Shown: positions 42,746-57,538, counted from the stretch's first letter. The stretch is DNA of 64,000 nt from Trichinella spiralis (GCF_000181795.1 NW_003526943.1:9408849-9472848); one strand, 5' to 3'. Notes: generated by a model not told the origin, from the sequence alone. Translations and numbers: made by a program.

Positions 42746-45623
42746 CGATGCAGATGACGAAGTGGAAGAATTTGACAATTTTCAGCTCGCCTTTTTTAAA
42801 ACCTTTCCTCCCCACCCCCTTCCTTCTCTATTCTGTGGAAATCTATTCCATTATCAACAATCTGACAAACAATCGTCGACTGATAGCAACATTTGTCCAA
42901 TCGCTTAACTCGCTATCATTCCCAAACACTGCTATCATTAATAAGCAGTACTGGCAATAATATATCAACTTTTGGAAATGATAATTTTTCTTCAAAAAAC
43001 AGAGATGCCATTGTTAATATTTTCCTCTAAAATCTAATATACTTTATTTTTATCAACTGCAATTATAGAATATCATAATTGTGGAAATAATTTATCTGTT
43101 TGATGCAAAGAATTTTTATCATCACAGTGTTTTATTTATTATCTGCATTATTATTATCAGCAGTTGTCATGTATGTAACTTTAGTAAAATTGAACTAATG
43201 TCAATTGCAATGGCTAACCTGCAAAAAGCAGGCTGTTTGTTTGAACAAGATTTGCAGCATGTATAAAAATAGTCATGATGTAGCAGATTTAAAAGTAATT
43301 TCATTTTCCTGTATGTCTGGTGCTTGTTCGACGGCAGATTGCAGCTATTCTCCGTGTATACGCATTTCGCTGCAGTTTGTTCTATTCAACTCATAAGCAT
43401 CACCCGGAATGAAGGTTGACCGTTGCGTCAAGCTTCGCAATGGCTGAATTAGGTGCACAGATTTTTAGTGTGTTTGCAGAGGACTAGTGGTTATTCAATA
43501 TGTCTCAGTACTGCTGTTTTTTATTTTGGGATAAGGCTGAAACGTTATTTTGGGATATTTTTCAAAGAATATGCAGTTTTAATTGCTAGCGCAGTAAGAA
43601 GTTAGTTAATCAGTGAAATTCTTGTTTGTTGAATGCAATCAGCTTTCACTTTAGCAGAGAAATTGTTTTCTTCAGCGCGCGCTTTAGATTTCATTTTTGC
43701 CTGCTGTTGCTGTCAGTTTGGCCATCTCATTGCCTTAGATGTTCACTAATGATTTACTACTATGATGTACATGATTTTCACATGAAATCAATATGTATTT
43801 TTTGAATTACTATAATAGAGTTAATGAAAAAGTTAATTCAAAGCACATTTACGTGATAGAACATTTAAAATATGATGAATATTCCATATTCCATGTGAGA
43901 TCAACTTTAAATTCAGTTTATTTCCTCTCATCATCCCGTGAGTCCTCACGTATTAGAATAATTCTGACACGAAACATGTTTTTTTCAAAGTAAAATTAGT
44001 TTATTCATTTCATATCAGAAATCCACTATTTCATAGTTGTCATATATAGCAAAGAAATTTGAGAAGCAGGCCCACTGTAAAAGGACTGAAAATTTTGTTC
44101 ACAATATGGATCTGGCGGAGTTTCAGATGAAATACATCTATAGATGGTGTACTCTAAAAGAACGGGGCACCATTAAAGAAAGTTGCGTCACACGAAGACG
44201 CCAGCGTGGATTATCTATTTTTTGACTTGGCAGAAAAGTTACACTAATAAGTAACACAAAAAAACATATTATATAAATACATCTTGTTTGCAAATACTAA
44301 TATGAAATAATTTTAATCAACATAAAATGCAAATTCAAAAAAATTGTTTGATAAACTCAATTTATTTAAAAAATATGAATACAGTATATTTCATAAGAAA
44401 ACCTGAAAATCCACAGTATTGCAAGCTTCGTGCTTAATTTGGCTTTTTGAAATAAGGATCATTATTTCTCATAAACGAAACTTCTGCTGTATTACTTTTT
44501 AAATAAAGAAAGAAATACCGTGAACAGTTCGTGATCAGTTTTTTGCTTTCTGAAATACAAATAACAAGCACAACTTGTTGTCCAAATCTGTGAAAGATAT
44601 TTTCAAAGCGTCGTGCCAGAGGAGGTGAGTGAGAGACTTTATTTTTCTTCAGTGTTGCTTATTAGCGACTAATAAATTTTTATTTGTTGGTGGAGAAGTA
44701 TAAAAAAGAAATATAAACTATTGGCAAAATGCCAAAATTAATAGTCTCCTGAAACTGCTGCAAGGCAGTTTTGTAACAATTCAAGACGTTGCCTTATGTT
44801 TGCCTTATATTGTTGTCCATTTAGGTTGTTTTTATTTATTTGTCAGTTGTTGCTATTCTGTTCCATTTCAACTTCGGCATGGATCCAATATCCTGCCCTG
44901 GTTCCAATTTTCCGTATTTATGCGAAGCAATCCATGCGTTCATTTTGCGTAATAAGAACATGTCCAATGATCAGTGGCAGAAGTTTAGAATAAAGCTGTG
45001 GGATATGACAGATAAGGAAAGCACGGTTGATTGTGCAATTTTGAAAACACTGCAAATGAAATCCCTCTTCCAGCATGGAGTTTCTTATATCCGATACTTA
45101 TTCACCATTGGCTTGCACGATGTATATACCGTCCAATATGCAGTGCTTGTTTTGGAACATTGTTATTTGAACAGTTTTGAACATTTCGACTTAGAGCTGG
45201 CCATTCAACTTATGAACCATGTCCTTTCCATGGATAAAAGCTTTCCAAAATTTTTCACGGAGCAGAAGGCGATCGTTTTATGTTTATGTGGAAATTTCAA
45301 AGAATGTTCATCCATGTGGTCCACAATTTCGAACCGTTCGATCGAATGTCGCGTGATTAGCATATTTTTCATTGCCGCCTGTCGATACGAAAAGGCCCGT
45401 TGGATTTGGTCTTTGGAAATAGAGGGTCCGTTCACTTTGAGCGCTTCATGTCACATGGAGATGTTGAAATATTTGAAAGTGGTGCTTCCGAAGAATGGCG
45501 AATTGGAAAGTTTGAAAGAATTGGACAGTTATGTGGAATTTTACGACCGAATCAGTGCTACCTTTCGACGATCTACGGTGGATATCAAAATTATTTTGCA
45601 GGTATATATTTCACTTAATTTGA
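41903..45623 (+). repeat. ~3.7 kb direct duplicate, copy 2 (copy 1 at 20-3764)
   Basis: Near-identical to 20-3764; ends exactly at the N-gap. Confidence 0.97.
44879..45600 (+). other. Duplicated exon 1 of the PRORP-like gene, truncated by the gap
   Basis: Same protein as 3011-3741 until indels accumulate in the last ~80 nt before the gap. Confidence 0.85.
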
Positions 45624-46595
45624 NNNNNNNNNNGGCTTCATAATTAATTTCAAATATATAGCTTCATAAAAAAGGGAATATTTTTGGGAATTTTTACATA
45701 CATACACACGCATGCATATTTTATGTTAAACAGGTGACTTTGATACACTTTCAGATATATGCATTGCTATTATAATAAAGATTTAGGCGTTATTATGTGA
45801 AGAGAACTAAATTTGTATTTTTTCAAAGTTCTAAGTGTAGAACATGAATAAATAGTCAGTTATGCGATTACTGTTAGCACTAACAGAATGATAATGACAG
45901 TAGCTACGTTTGGCATGTCTGGCGCTCATTTTACACATTTATAAATATTAAGCAGGTAATAAATTGAGTGACATGAATTTGCATCATAGTTTCAAAAACT
46001 TTGTTATGTTTATAGCTTACTTTCAGTTTTATAATCTAAGACTGTGCAACCTAAAATGAATTATCTCACTTTAGATTGTTAGTTTTTTTGAAGAAGTATT
46101 TGAAATCTTTATAAAAAGAGTGTCCAATTCATAATAAAATTTACTCAATAAATAAATTATATGGGGCTGTATTTGCAAGTTATTTATTACATAGCTATTT
46201 TCATCATTTTGATAAATAAAAAACATTGTTTTGATATATATATATATATATGCATGCGTATTATCAAATGTAATCTTTAAAAATGCAATCTTAAAATGTA
46301 ATCTTCAAATGCAAATACATTTGAAAATTTTGCAAAGTACAGTTCAAAATTTTAGACTATCGCTTAAATTATCATTACTGTATTTAAATAATTTTATTTT
46401 GTCATGTGCAGAAGCAGATAAAATTCCCATAATGTATGGTGAATTTTGCTTGTATACTTGTGAGAATTTGTAAAAAAATTGTAAATGTTCATCACATCAG
46501 TAGTTGTAATAATATCTTTGATTTATTTAAAAATTAAACTGTACATTTTTTTAAGGTGTGTCAAACTCATAAATGAAAAAGTTTATTTACAGAAA

Positions 46596-48354
46596 ATGAA
46601 AATTATGTTTTGGAAAAAGTTGCCTGTGATAATTACTGCTGCCTGCATATACTGTCTTCTTGTTGTCACCTGGGGCACAGTAAAATATGCTTCACAAAAT
46701 ACAGTTAAAGAATTACAGATGAAACTGATGGAAATAAAGTTTAAATTTGGAATATTCCCAAGAGAAAGAGTTTATGAAACAGCTACCCCACATTTATGGC
46801 CAGAAGAATCACCAAATAACGACAGAATCATTGAACAAATGAAGTTTATTCCTCCGGTTATATTGAACAAAACAATACTTGTATCATTATTCGAAGGTTA
46901 TGCAGGATGGGATTTGCCAAATCAAAAAGCAATGGACAATTTATTTACAAACTGTCCTGTAAATAATTGCAAAGCAGTTCCAGATTACAGTGCAGTTAAC
47001 GAAGCTGATGCAGTTTTGTTTAGAAGAATGGTGCCTCAGTTAACATCCAGTCATCATCACCAAATATGGATTTTTTATAGTCTCGAATCTCCTCCACATT
47101 CGATAAATTTAGAATCTTTAAATGGTTTGGTCAACTGGACTGCAACGTATCGTTTAGATTCTGATATTGTTGCCCCATATGGAAAATTTGAAAAAGCTGA
47201 AGTCAGCATTCTTCCTGTAGATACCTCACGAAAGACAAAAATGGTTGCTTGGTTTGTATCTAACTGCTACACAAACAGCAAGCGGGAATTATATGTAAAG
47301 CAGTTGAAAGAGTACATAAGTGTGGATATATATGGCGCATGTAGTAATAAGCGATGTAAAAAATTTTCTTCAGATTGTGAGAATATGCTAGATAATGATT
47401 ACAGGTTTTATTTGTCATTTGAAAATTCATTATGCAAGGATTACATCACTGAAAAATATTTTCACAACGCTATGGAGTAAGTTTTTTGTTTTACACACAA
47501 ACAGTAGTTTATTTATCTGCAAAATCTTGAAATTTTAAAAATAATAGGCAACAGTATCTTTAGATAGATCGAAACGAAACATCAAAATAATATTTTGATG
47601 CAAATAATGAGACTGTTCCAATCAAATAATGTAATTATTAGATAAGTATTTGCCGTCTGGTTTTACACAACTTAATTATATATATATATCTACATGTGTA
47701 TTCTCTTTACCTATTTTACTTAAACTTTTATTTTTTTTGCATTTTTATTTTGCGCAGAATTTCACTAGTGGAATGTTGCAGTATGTGAATACCAGATGCA
47801 ACATTAATAGTATTATATTACGATAATAAATTAACAATATTGGCACTATTTAACAATAGTCTTAGTGCAAACTACTTTCATACGCCTTTAAGATGTGAAA
47901 ATTATATAATAGGAGCAATATAATTTAAAATTTTGCTTCACATTAGCATCTGAATTAACTGAGCATTAAGATAAATATATAATAGATGAGATTTTATAAT
48001 TCATAGCATACAATTCAGATAATAAAAAGCAGTTTATTTTTATTATTTTACATTGCAATTTTTAGACATTACATAATACCAGTTGTCATGGGTGCATCAA
48101 AAGCTGAGTATGAAAAAGTTTCACCTCCACATTCATTTATCCACGTAGATGATTTTCGTTCACCAAAAGAGTTGGCAATATATTTGAAAAAGGTTGCACA
48201 AAATAATACATTGTACAACAGCTATTTTGAATGGAAGTCACATTACAGATTGATAAATACATATTTTTGGTGTAGATTGTGTTCTTTGCTGAATTATCCA
48301 AAGAGAAAAGTTTACAATGATTTGCAAAACTGGTGGGCTCCTGTATGCCGCTAA
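46596..48354 (+). CDS. Alpha-1,3-fucosyltransferase (GT10), type II membrane protein; 2 coding exons
   Basis: N-terminal TM, LESPPH, NWTATYRLDSDIVAPYG, AWFVSNC, YRFYLSFENSLCKDYITEK, PPHSFIHVDDF; exons 46596-47476 and 48066-48354. Confidence 0.95.
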
Positions 48355-48643
48355 CATAAATATGCCTTCATTAATTATTTTAAAATAGTCTTATCCTTTA
48401 AAATTATAAAAAATTAATAAGATGTGATTATTTAAATTGAAATATGTTTCTACATTATTTAAATTATTAATGTCAAAAAATGAATCTTTACGACTACATT
48501 TGCTCAAGCATCATCTTTTAAAAAATTTACTTTGATAGTGCTTTTCTTTACGACAGAAATTATTATCTTGATGCTTTTTTTTACTCATGATGCAGTATTT
48601 TAGTTAATAAAATGAAACTCTGAAACATTTGAAAGTGTGCTTT

Positions 48644-49156
48644 TTACTTTTTTCCAAACAGGTTTCCATTTATAAAGCAAAGACCTTTTCCCCAAAATAG
48701 TCGACCAATGCAGATTTCTTCATTTTTTTCAAATTGTAATTTTTTGAGATCAACGCTGCTCGTACGCCTTTGCTCTAGAATGCCCAAAATTCCAAATATT
48801 TTTTTGCTTTGTAACTTTCCATGGTTAAAATTTAACTGAACATTATTAGAATTCTCAAAATCTAACGGGCCAAATTGATGTCTGGCATCCCAGCTTGCTC
48901 CAATGTTTTCAGGTACATATTTTAGTGATTTGCTAATATCCAGCTTGCTCAGCAATGACTGTAAATAGTGCCCAATATTATTACCATGGGAATGCTTGAC
49001 TTGTAAATTTCGCTCTTCTCGTTGATCAAGAGATTCTAGACTATTCATGTCAGATATCAAAAATAATAAAAGAACAATTAGCTTACGAAAAGTAGTGGAC
49101 AAAGTGGTTGAGAATGTATGATGTAAGAGTATGGTCAGCAATAAGAAATGAGTCAT
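48644..49156 (-). CDS. Secreted hypothetical protein, candidate peptide-hormone/neuropeptide precursor
   Basis: Signal-peptide-like N-terminus; probable in-frame 51-nt intron 49036-49086 (GTAAGC...CTAG); RR and KK sites; C-terminus C-x10-C...NLFGKK-stop. Confidence 0.6.
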   Translation of the reverse strand: MTHFLLLTILLHHTFSTTLSTTFRKLIVLLLFLISDMNSLESLDQREERNLQVKHSHGNNIGHYLQSLLSKLDISKSLKYVPENIGASWDARHQFGPLDFENSNNVQLNFNHGKLQSKKIFGILGILEQRRTSSVDLKKLQFEKNEEICIGRLFWGKGLCFINGNLFGKK

Positions 49157-52100
49157 CCAAAATTTGTTGTAACTAATGCCGATTGCTTTTATTTTTGAAT
49201 TTCTGACGAGCAGTTAGTTGATTGATGAAATAAATATGATTAGCTTATATTAGAATTCTATTTAAGCACTGACGCTGAAAGATATTTTTGCCCTTTGTTA
49301 AAACAAATTTTCAAGTTTAGTAAAACTGCAATAATTTTATTTGAAATAGGTCAACGGAATATCATGAAGCATGAAATAAAAGCAATTTACACGAAACAGG
49401 ATGTCCAACTTTGTAAAGCTGTCAACTGCACATCACACAAAATAATAGAACACAGTATTTTTGTAGTTATTGCTTTTCATGCAACTGAAACAAGCAAATG
49501 TTTTATTTTTTTAAAATATGTTGTAAACAACTTTTCACAACAACAAAAATGTTAATTATACTCAGATGATCAAGTTTCTTTAAAGGTAAGTTACCGTTGC
49601 AGAATTTTTATCAGTTGACTTGTTTCCTCGCTACATTAATTTCTTTAATGCCAAATTGTGTTTGTTGAATGAATTGCTTCTTTTATATAATTTGACTGAA
49701 CAGAAGACTTGTTTAGCAAATGTGTTTGCTTTTAATAATACTGAAAAATTTTGCAAACATCACTTTAAATTGCTTGAAGCTAATGCTACCTTTTCATTTA
49801 TACATACTTGAATGCAATCAAAATGAACATTTAGATGTATGTTTCTTTGTTAAATAAACTTCAAAAAATTTCCTCATATTTATATTTTACAATGAATGAA
49901 ATATTATTTTGTTAAAATTTTTAATGCAACTGTTATTTATGCTTACTAAACTACTTAAATTTATGCAATACTGCTTCATATCTATACTGTTTATGATGTT
50001 ATATGCAAGGTTGAAAGGACCCAAATAAAAGATTCGTTAGGAAATAATTTAATTTTCTTTAACTTTACCTAAAATTCTTTCTTTGTCATCGTATGTCATG
50101 CCATTTATGAAATGATATCTAAACTTATAACATATTTTACTAATGTTTTCAGTGTTTATACATCACTTGATTAGTACAAATAAGGATTCAATTTTTATTA
50201 AATAATGTAAACTTTAACATTTACTGCAAGTTGATCTATTAATAAAAAGCAGATTGATAAAAAACAGCCAAATAAGTAATATTTCTCAACAGAGTAATTA
50301 GACTTATTCATTCATTTATTTACTTAATTAATGATAAATATTTGATCGCTATAGTCTGACGTGTATTTACCTTTCAAATAAAATTTGCGCGCTCATCTGT
50401 TTGCAGCAGCAGTTTGAAAAATGCGCTTTGAAAAGCAGAAACATAATTAAACAGCAAAAGATATACTTTCAATTAATCAATATTTTTCATATGTGCAAAA
50501 TTTACCTTTTACAAAAAGAATAAAAAAAACATTTAGAATAATGTATTGTTTGAAAATTTGGAAATATTGACAACTTTCTACATTACTTAAGTAAAAAGAA
50601 GAAATTTATTATACAATTATTGTGCTATTCTATTTGGATAAAATGATAAAAGAATAAAATTACTAAAATAATTTCAAATTTATCACTTTAATAATAAATC
50701 AAATTTAACTGAAGTTATGGAAACATGCAAATTAATGCATCAAACAGTGACAGTATTACATAGTAATTATTGTTGCATTTTCATAGGATGTTTCGTTAGA
50801 GATGCAGCATGATTATCAATTTTTATTCTGAGTAGAATGAAAAGTAAAATTTGGAAATCATAATTTGATAATTTGCTTTCTAATTTTCTATTGTGACTGT
50901 AAAAACTAATTTTGTAATCACTATTATTATTATTATAACAGTTGATAATGCAATCTGAATAAAAATTTTATGCTAAACAAAATTTTATAAAATAATAAAC
51001 AACAAAATGCTGCATTTGAAACATTCAGTGACTAGAAATTTTATCAAACAGAATGACCAATTTGAAATGAATAAAATTGAATATGAAGAAAAAAATTAAA
51101 CTGTTTATTGCTAGAGAAATTTGTAATTAAATGAACTACTGTTGTCATTGCATGTATGCTATCAGATAAACACAACTTTAATTAAACGTTCTCGATATAA
51201 AATTGGAAATCTGACAAGTGCTTCTGATATTTATATTTCACTCAGCGCTTCCTTAGTTCGATAATGAACATCGAAATAATAATGATCCGTTTCTTTAAAT
51301 TAGGATAAATGTAACCTGTTCGATTTTCTTGTAATTAATGAACACATCATATGTAAGCTGATAAATTTTGAATGAAGGTAAACATAAAATTTAAAAAAAT
51401 CATTTAAAACAGATACAATGCAATGTGCTTTTGTTTCGGTAATTATTGTATTTAAATTGTATTCAAATAAATTAAAAAGTATGAAATATATTCAAATTAA
51501 GTAAAACCTGCTATAACAGAATATGATTAATTAGCAAATTATTTATGATTATGTATACTGCTCTCTAATTAAGTGGTGAAATATACGACTGAAACAAATT
51601 TATAATAAATACTGACTAATGTAGAAAAGCAATGCTAAATTATAACTTATTAAATTATAAGATTTATAAATTTATTAAATTATAAATTTTTAAGATTTAT
51701 AATTCACTTATTTATAATTAATTAATTATTTATTTATAATTAATAAAATGATTTATAATTAATAAGATATCATGTAATAAAAAATACATTCATAGAGTAT
51801 ATGAGCATATATAAATGGTATATAGATATAAATAAATCCAATATGCACAAATAATAAATTATAATGAGAGCATTTTATCCAATTAAATTTTATTGATTAG
51901 ATAAGATTGATTTTTATCATGCAGTACGTGACTCTGATGCAACTTTCAATCATGTTTAGATTTCAAAGCATGCAAAAGATTTTAGATTTTTTTCAAAAAT
52001 ATTTTTCATACATACGTAAATTTACATTCAAATACAGCAGTTACGTAATGAATAATGCCATCAAAACAAATAATATATAGGCTTCTTTATAAGAAAGGTT

Positions 52101-52765
52101 TCATTTCAATTGCAATTTTTCAGTTTCATTATTGTATTTTATACTTTTTATTACTGCAATTCAGTTTTTCGTTTTTTGCCCTTAATAAGCAACATCATCT
52201 TTTGACAAATGCTTTAAATAGTAAATTTAAATAGCCTGAAACATTTTTGGAGCAAATCAACTTGTTTTGCATTATGGGAGAAAAATTATAATCAAAATCC
52301 TCAATGCAATCTTTTTATAACATTTTCTCTAATAACGAAATCCTCCAGACAATTAATTTTTAAAATTTATTTAATTTTTAAATTATGATAAGCAGATCCA
52401 TCGAAAGCCATTCAAATTTTATATTTAACATTTCAACTTTAGACGAACGTTTCCATGTAATTCATTAACTGACGTTTTTATCAAACTTTAAATACAGTTC
52501 AAACTGTTTATTTTATTACGTTGACATTTTGAGATTGTAATCTTATTAATAAGTAGCAGTGAATTTTTAAGTTTTTCTTTTTAAAATCATTTCCTAGTTG
52601 CGTTTTTGTAAGTTAAATTAATCAAAGCTTTTTAATAATAAATTAATTTTGAAAATGACAATATTAAGGATAAAATTTTTTCCTTTTTTATGTTAGGAAA
52701 AAATACAACATACGTTTGGATTTTAAGCAAGAATTTTCTATGGTAATAAAATTTTATTTCAACAA

Positions 52766-55514
52766 TCAACGTTGCATTGAAACAGTTATCATTTGCGAAG
52801 TTTTTTCTGAAGGATAAATCAATGACAATCTTTTGCATACAAAAAGCCGCTTAAATGTGCGACTTTTTATAACAAAAAAAGCAGCATAAACAGACATGCT
52901 GAAAGAATGCAAAATCCAAGCATATTCTGGACTAAACGAATCCCACGGAGAAAACACCCAGACGAGATGAACTAAAGACGGAATGGTAATCATTGTAAAA
53001 GTAAATGTAGATGTGATTGCAATGCTTTTCATTATATGAGCTTCCCGCTTCAACTGCTGAGCACGTACGGCATCAGTAATAGCTTTTGATATTTTCAGCA
53101 AATGTAGTGCAGTAGCAGATAATAAAACACTGGCAATGCTAAGCAATGAATTTTGAAAATTTTGATAAATGAAATAAACATCTGAGACAGTGCTACGCAA
53201 GTAACACAAAGCGCGGACGGCTTTTCTTTTATCTTTGATATACAAAGCGCTTACAAGCGATGCAGTGGCATCTATTATAGGCAGGAATGTGCATAAAAAC
53301 AGTAAAAGCTGTCTTACTTGAGGCAGTGGTTTCTGGCAATGAATAGCCCGGATAATTATAAACAGTCGTTCCACTGACATGCTGAACACGTATACAGCCA
53401 TCATGCAATTGCCAATTACATACATTGCCAAATGAGGAGTTTGAATCATGCATCCAATAGAAGTTGTGTATTTCACGGCAAGATCCCTTTCCACTAACCT
53501 TCTTATATAAGCATAAGATAATGAAAAGGATGTAACAAAATTTCCAGCTGCAAAACCTACAATAATTATAATTTATACCTTATGTACATGCGTACGTATA
53601 TGTATGTATATGTATATGTATATGCATATGTATACATATAGATACGTATTTCATTTCTTTGTAAAAAATTTTTTTAAATGAAGCTGTAAAAAAATATATA
53701 CATGCATAATTTATTCATACATAAATATTACATTTTAAAATTAACGTCGTTTTAACATAAAAAATCATTTGATGTACTTGTTTTTCATGTTTGAACATTT
53801 TACAAAATTGTAAATTAAATTGCTTTTTCGAATAAATAAATAGACTTTATTAAATGCATAGTGATTAGAAATGCCATTACAAGAAAAGTAAATAAATAAC
53901 AGTATATTTAAAAATTTGCAATAATTAAAATAATAGCACACTGTCAAGAACTAACTGCTGCTTTGACTAAGTGGAGCAGTTCAAAAAATCAAAACAAAAT
54001 TCATTATTTATATCATCATTATAAAGTCTAATAAAATAAATAAATTTAATGCATTTATTTACATTAAAAAGTAAAGAAAAATGATCTCATAACATACTTG
54101 TATGACATTCGCAGTAATTTTTAATATATACATATTACATTTTAATTATTTCATACTGAATAATTCATTTCAGTTTTTAATTAAAGAATGAAATTTGAAT
54201 CTGAGACTGTTATTTACAAAAGTGACATTAACTTTACAATTATTTTCTTCATGGTGCCCAATATGCACTCGGAAATTCATTCTATTAAAACTCGAAACCC
54301 TTTTATTATTGATCAGTTTGTAATAAATAACTTCAACTTAATTTTCTTGATATAGAACTAGCATTTTTTGCAATGATAAATTTTTGATTAATTTGTAGTA
54401 CATCGTTAATGCTCAAGATTTAAAGTAAGCAAAAAATTTGCTGGTTTCAGACACTGATAACAACTTTTAATAAGTTTTAAAAATACGGTAACAGTTTATC
54501 AGAACAAAGCGCTAACAGATTAAAAAATGGCATTACAAGCATCTATTATATCAACATATACAACTGAAGCAGCAATTGCTTTGAGATGTTCAAATTTCAA
54601 TTGTAAAAATATTTTTTGACAAAAAAGATATTTTGCTCGCATAGTTTCACAATTCAGACTTTTCGATTTTTTTAAATCGATGAAGAGCTGAAATTTTTCA
54701 GACAAAAAAGATAAATCATGGAAATTAAACAATGAACTGCCACTGAAATTATAATGCTTCAACGGTTACTGAGTAGTTATCACTTTAAGAGTAGCCGTTT
54801 ATATAAAATCGTGACATCTATTATTATGTTTATTGTAATAATGTAAATTATAATTCTTTAGTAGAAAATATTTTAGTAAGAGGTTTAAATAAATGCTTGT
54901 GATTTATTTATACAGGGCCTATTGTTGTTAGATATATGACATGCAATTTTGGATTTTTTCCAAATTTTTTAAATGTAATGACAAATATTCAAATATGATT
55001 GGTAATATGATGACAAGAATGTTATTGACATAAAATAGACAGATATTTTATAATTTATCTTACTTTTACAGACATCTTATAAGGAAGATTTTTCAAATTT
55101 AAAATTGCGGTGACATATAAATTTTTTCTGCATAATAGACAACTATTTTTAGTAATTTTATTTCCAAAAACAAAATAAAATATTCAAACTCTTGAATATG
55201 AAAAAGAATATTTCCATTTCTAATTATTTTACTAAATAAATGTGATTTGAAACTTACAAAAAATGGATATAGTTCAACAAATTATGCAATACAGAAGGAC
55301 GAAAAAGTGAATAGAAACTGAAATTACCTGCAATAAAAATTTGCTTATTAACCCGTTCTTCATTTTTCATAATAACTAAAAGTAGCATGTTGAGAACAGA
55401 AGCAAGGACAGCAAGTATTGCAATTGCTAGCCATGTGTTGGTTTGTTCATGAAAGTCAGCTATCTCTTCTGACAGATAATGAATGCTTTTGTTATGATCA
55501 ATGTTGATCATCAT
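52766..55514 (-). CDS. Serpentine (7TM) chemoreceptor-like GPCR; 2 exons
   Basis: Exons 55328-55514 and 52766-53556 join in phase 1 (QIFIAGFAAGNF); multiple hydrophobic helices, TM1 Asn, SMSVERL DRY-like motif, extracellular Cys. Confidence 0.85.
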
Positions 55515-56370
55515 TATTTAACAACCGCTCATATAAAAACCATTTTCAAGCCAAATTTAAAACATACGAATGAAGAAAAGATATTATGCAAAATGCGTTG
55601 TTACAGGGTAATTTTCATTTGCTTCATTCAAACGATATATTTCAACTGCAAGTGGATTTAATAGTGCTGAATAAGAAAATATCGATTTATTGCTGGTAGT
55701 ATTGGCACAAAGCAGACATTATATTCTTTGTTTGCGTGGAGTTTATTTAAAGGACTTCAAAATGAGTGCGTTTTAAGTTCTAATTTCTTGTACTACATGA
55801 ATTGCCTTCAATGCCACATTATGCATAATGGAAAAGCATTAATTGGTTCTAAATGTTTGTATGATTAGATCTATTGGATGAACATTAATGCAGCAGATGT
55901 ATGAATACAATTTAAATAAGTTAGAGAGAAAATAATGTTGGCATTCATTTGTTGTACAATGAAAATTGTGAAAATCAAGTTTATCTTTACAACAACAAGC
56001 GCTGTTACAAATTTTTACTTATTTGCTTTAGATGTAAGAAGCAAAATAAATATTTCTATAATTTCATAACGCCTTTGTTGCCCTTTTTAAACAACAATAT
56101 TTTATGTTTTAATTTTTTTCAATAAACTATTAGTTATTCATAGTGCACAGTAGCAGAAGCTAACAGTTTAATACAGCATTTGAAATCTCACTGTCAGAAA
56201 TCAAAATAAAATTCCAGACTTGATGCTTTTTTGCTATTATTGTTTGTTCTTCAATATGGTTTATCTTTTAGGTGAAAAACTGAACATATAAAAATTTTGC
56301 AAATCTTCAAATATAATAAGTGGTGGATATTTTTACATTTTATTTTGATTTCAACGTAATTGTACATGTT

Positions 56371-56401
56371 AGCGACAAAACCGTTGTCGCTTGTGAGCTA
56401 G
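56371..56401 (+). mobile_element. Possible Helitron 3' terminus
   Basis: Perfect 8-bp hairpin AGCGACAA-aaccg-TTGTCGCT, then 6 nt, then CTAG followed by T. Confidence 0.4.
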
Positions 56402-57368
56402 TGGACTGTAATTTTTATACGGCGGCAGGTCAAATCAACAATGATCACCTAACCGCATCCGACCCACGTTCGTTTTTAAAAGTGACACAAAGCAGGATAA
56501 ATTTTTAGCTTTAAAGACAATGCATCATTAAAGAATGCAGAAATGCAACATTAAAATGGTAACATAACAGTTCTTACTTTACTGTGACGATTTCTGAAGA
56601 TGACTTTGCCATGTGTGCTTATTGAATTTTTATATGAAAGTTTAATTACAACCTAAGAAAGTTATTATTTGTTTAAGAGTTTTAATATGTCTGATTAAAT
56701 TGCTTAAGCATAAGCTGAATATTAAAAATTACGATTCAATGAGTATATAATTCCCCTTAATATACGTTTAAGGTATATTAAGTAAATGAATGATAATATC
56801 TATCATTCATTACATTTTACTCATATTTGGCTAATAGCTTAATGACTTACTAGAGATCCAAATAATAATATCATTGTTGACCCTGATGCAATGCTGGCAC
56901 GTGCCAAGAAAAAAAACTGGGTAAAGCATGCAGCCAGAGTGAACTGGACTGGTCACTGCAAGAAAAAATGACTTTACAGCTTTAAGCATTGACTGTTCGT
57001 TGTAAAAATGACATTTCATAACACTGGTTAATAATTTTCTAGTGATAAACAATGCGGTTAACTTATAAGTAGATTAACGATTGATTTGCTATGCAGCGAT
57101 AATTTGAGCATTAGTTAATATTTGGCATTTCTACATTGACGATCAGCAAGAAAGAAAAGCAGATTTTTGATCAAGTGAAGCATCTTCTCTATAATTCAAA
57201 CGAACAATTTTTAGTCAGTTAGATCTAGGACAGGCATACTAACAATAAAATGTGGATGAAGCAAGAGAAGAACTGTTGGTATTAGTAAAAGAGCTTAATG
57301 GCGAGACGCTAATAAAAGTACACCATTTGCCATCTGATGTAAATGTGACCGCAGCTGCATTTCAAAAG

Positions 57369-57538
57369 TTAACCCATTCAGACCGGAATTATTTTTTTCA
57401 TCTAAAAATTCTGAATTTTTACAGTTTTGATGTATGATAAATATGATCATCATCTGGAAAATTTTATCTGAATTCAGCAACATCTTGGTATTTTTCTGTT
57501 CTGTATCATATATAATACTCTTGGTCTGAAGGGGGTAT
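57369..57538. mobile_element. Short non-autonomous piggyBac-type element (MITE)
   Basis: TTAA+CCCATTCAGACC at 57369-57384 and inverted GGTCTGAAGGGG at 57523-57534 (11/12 match); right TTAA decayed. Confidence 0.55.

Noticed and set aside
51640..51770. Repetitive ATTTATAA tract
   Set aside because: Low-complexity AT sequence without unique spacers; not CRISPR-like.
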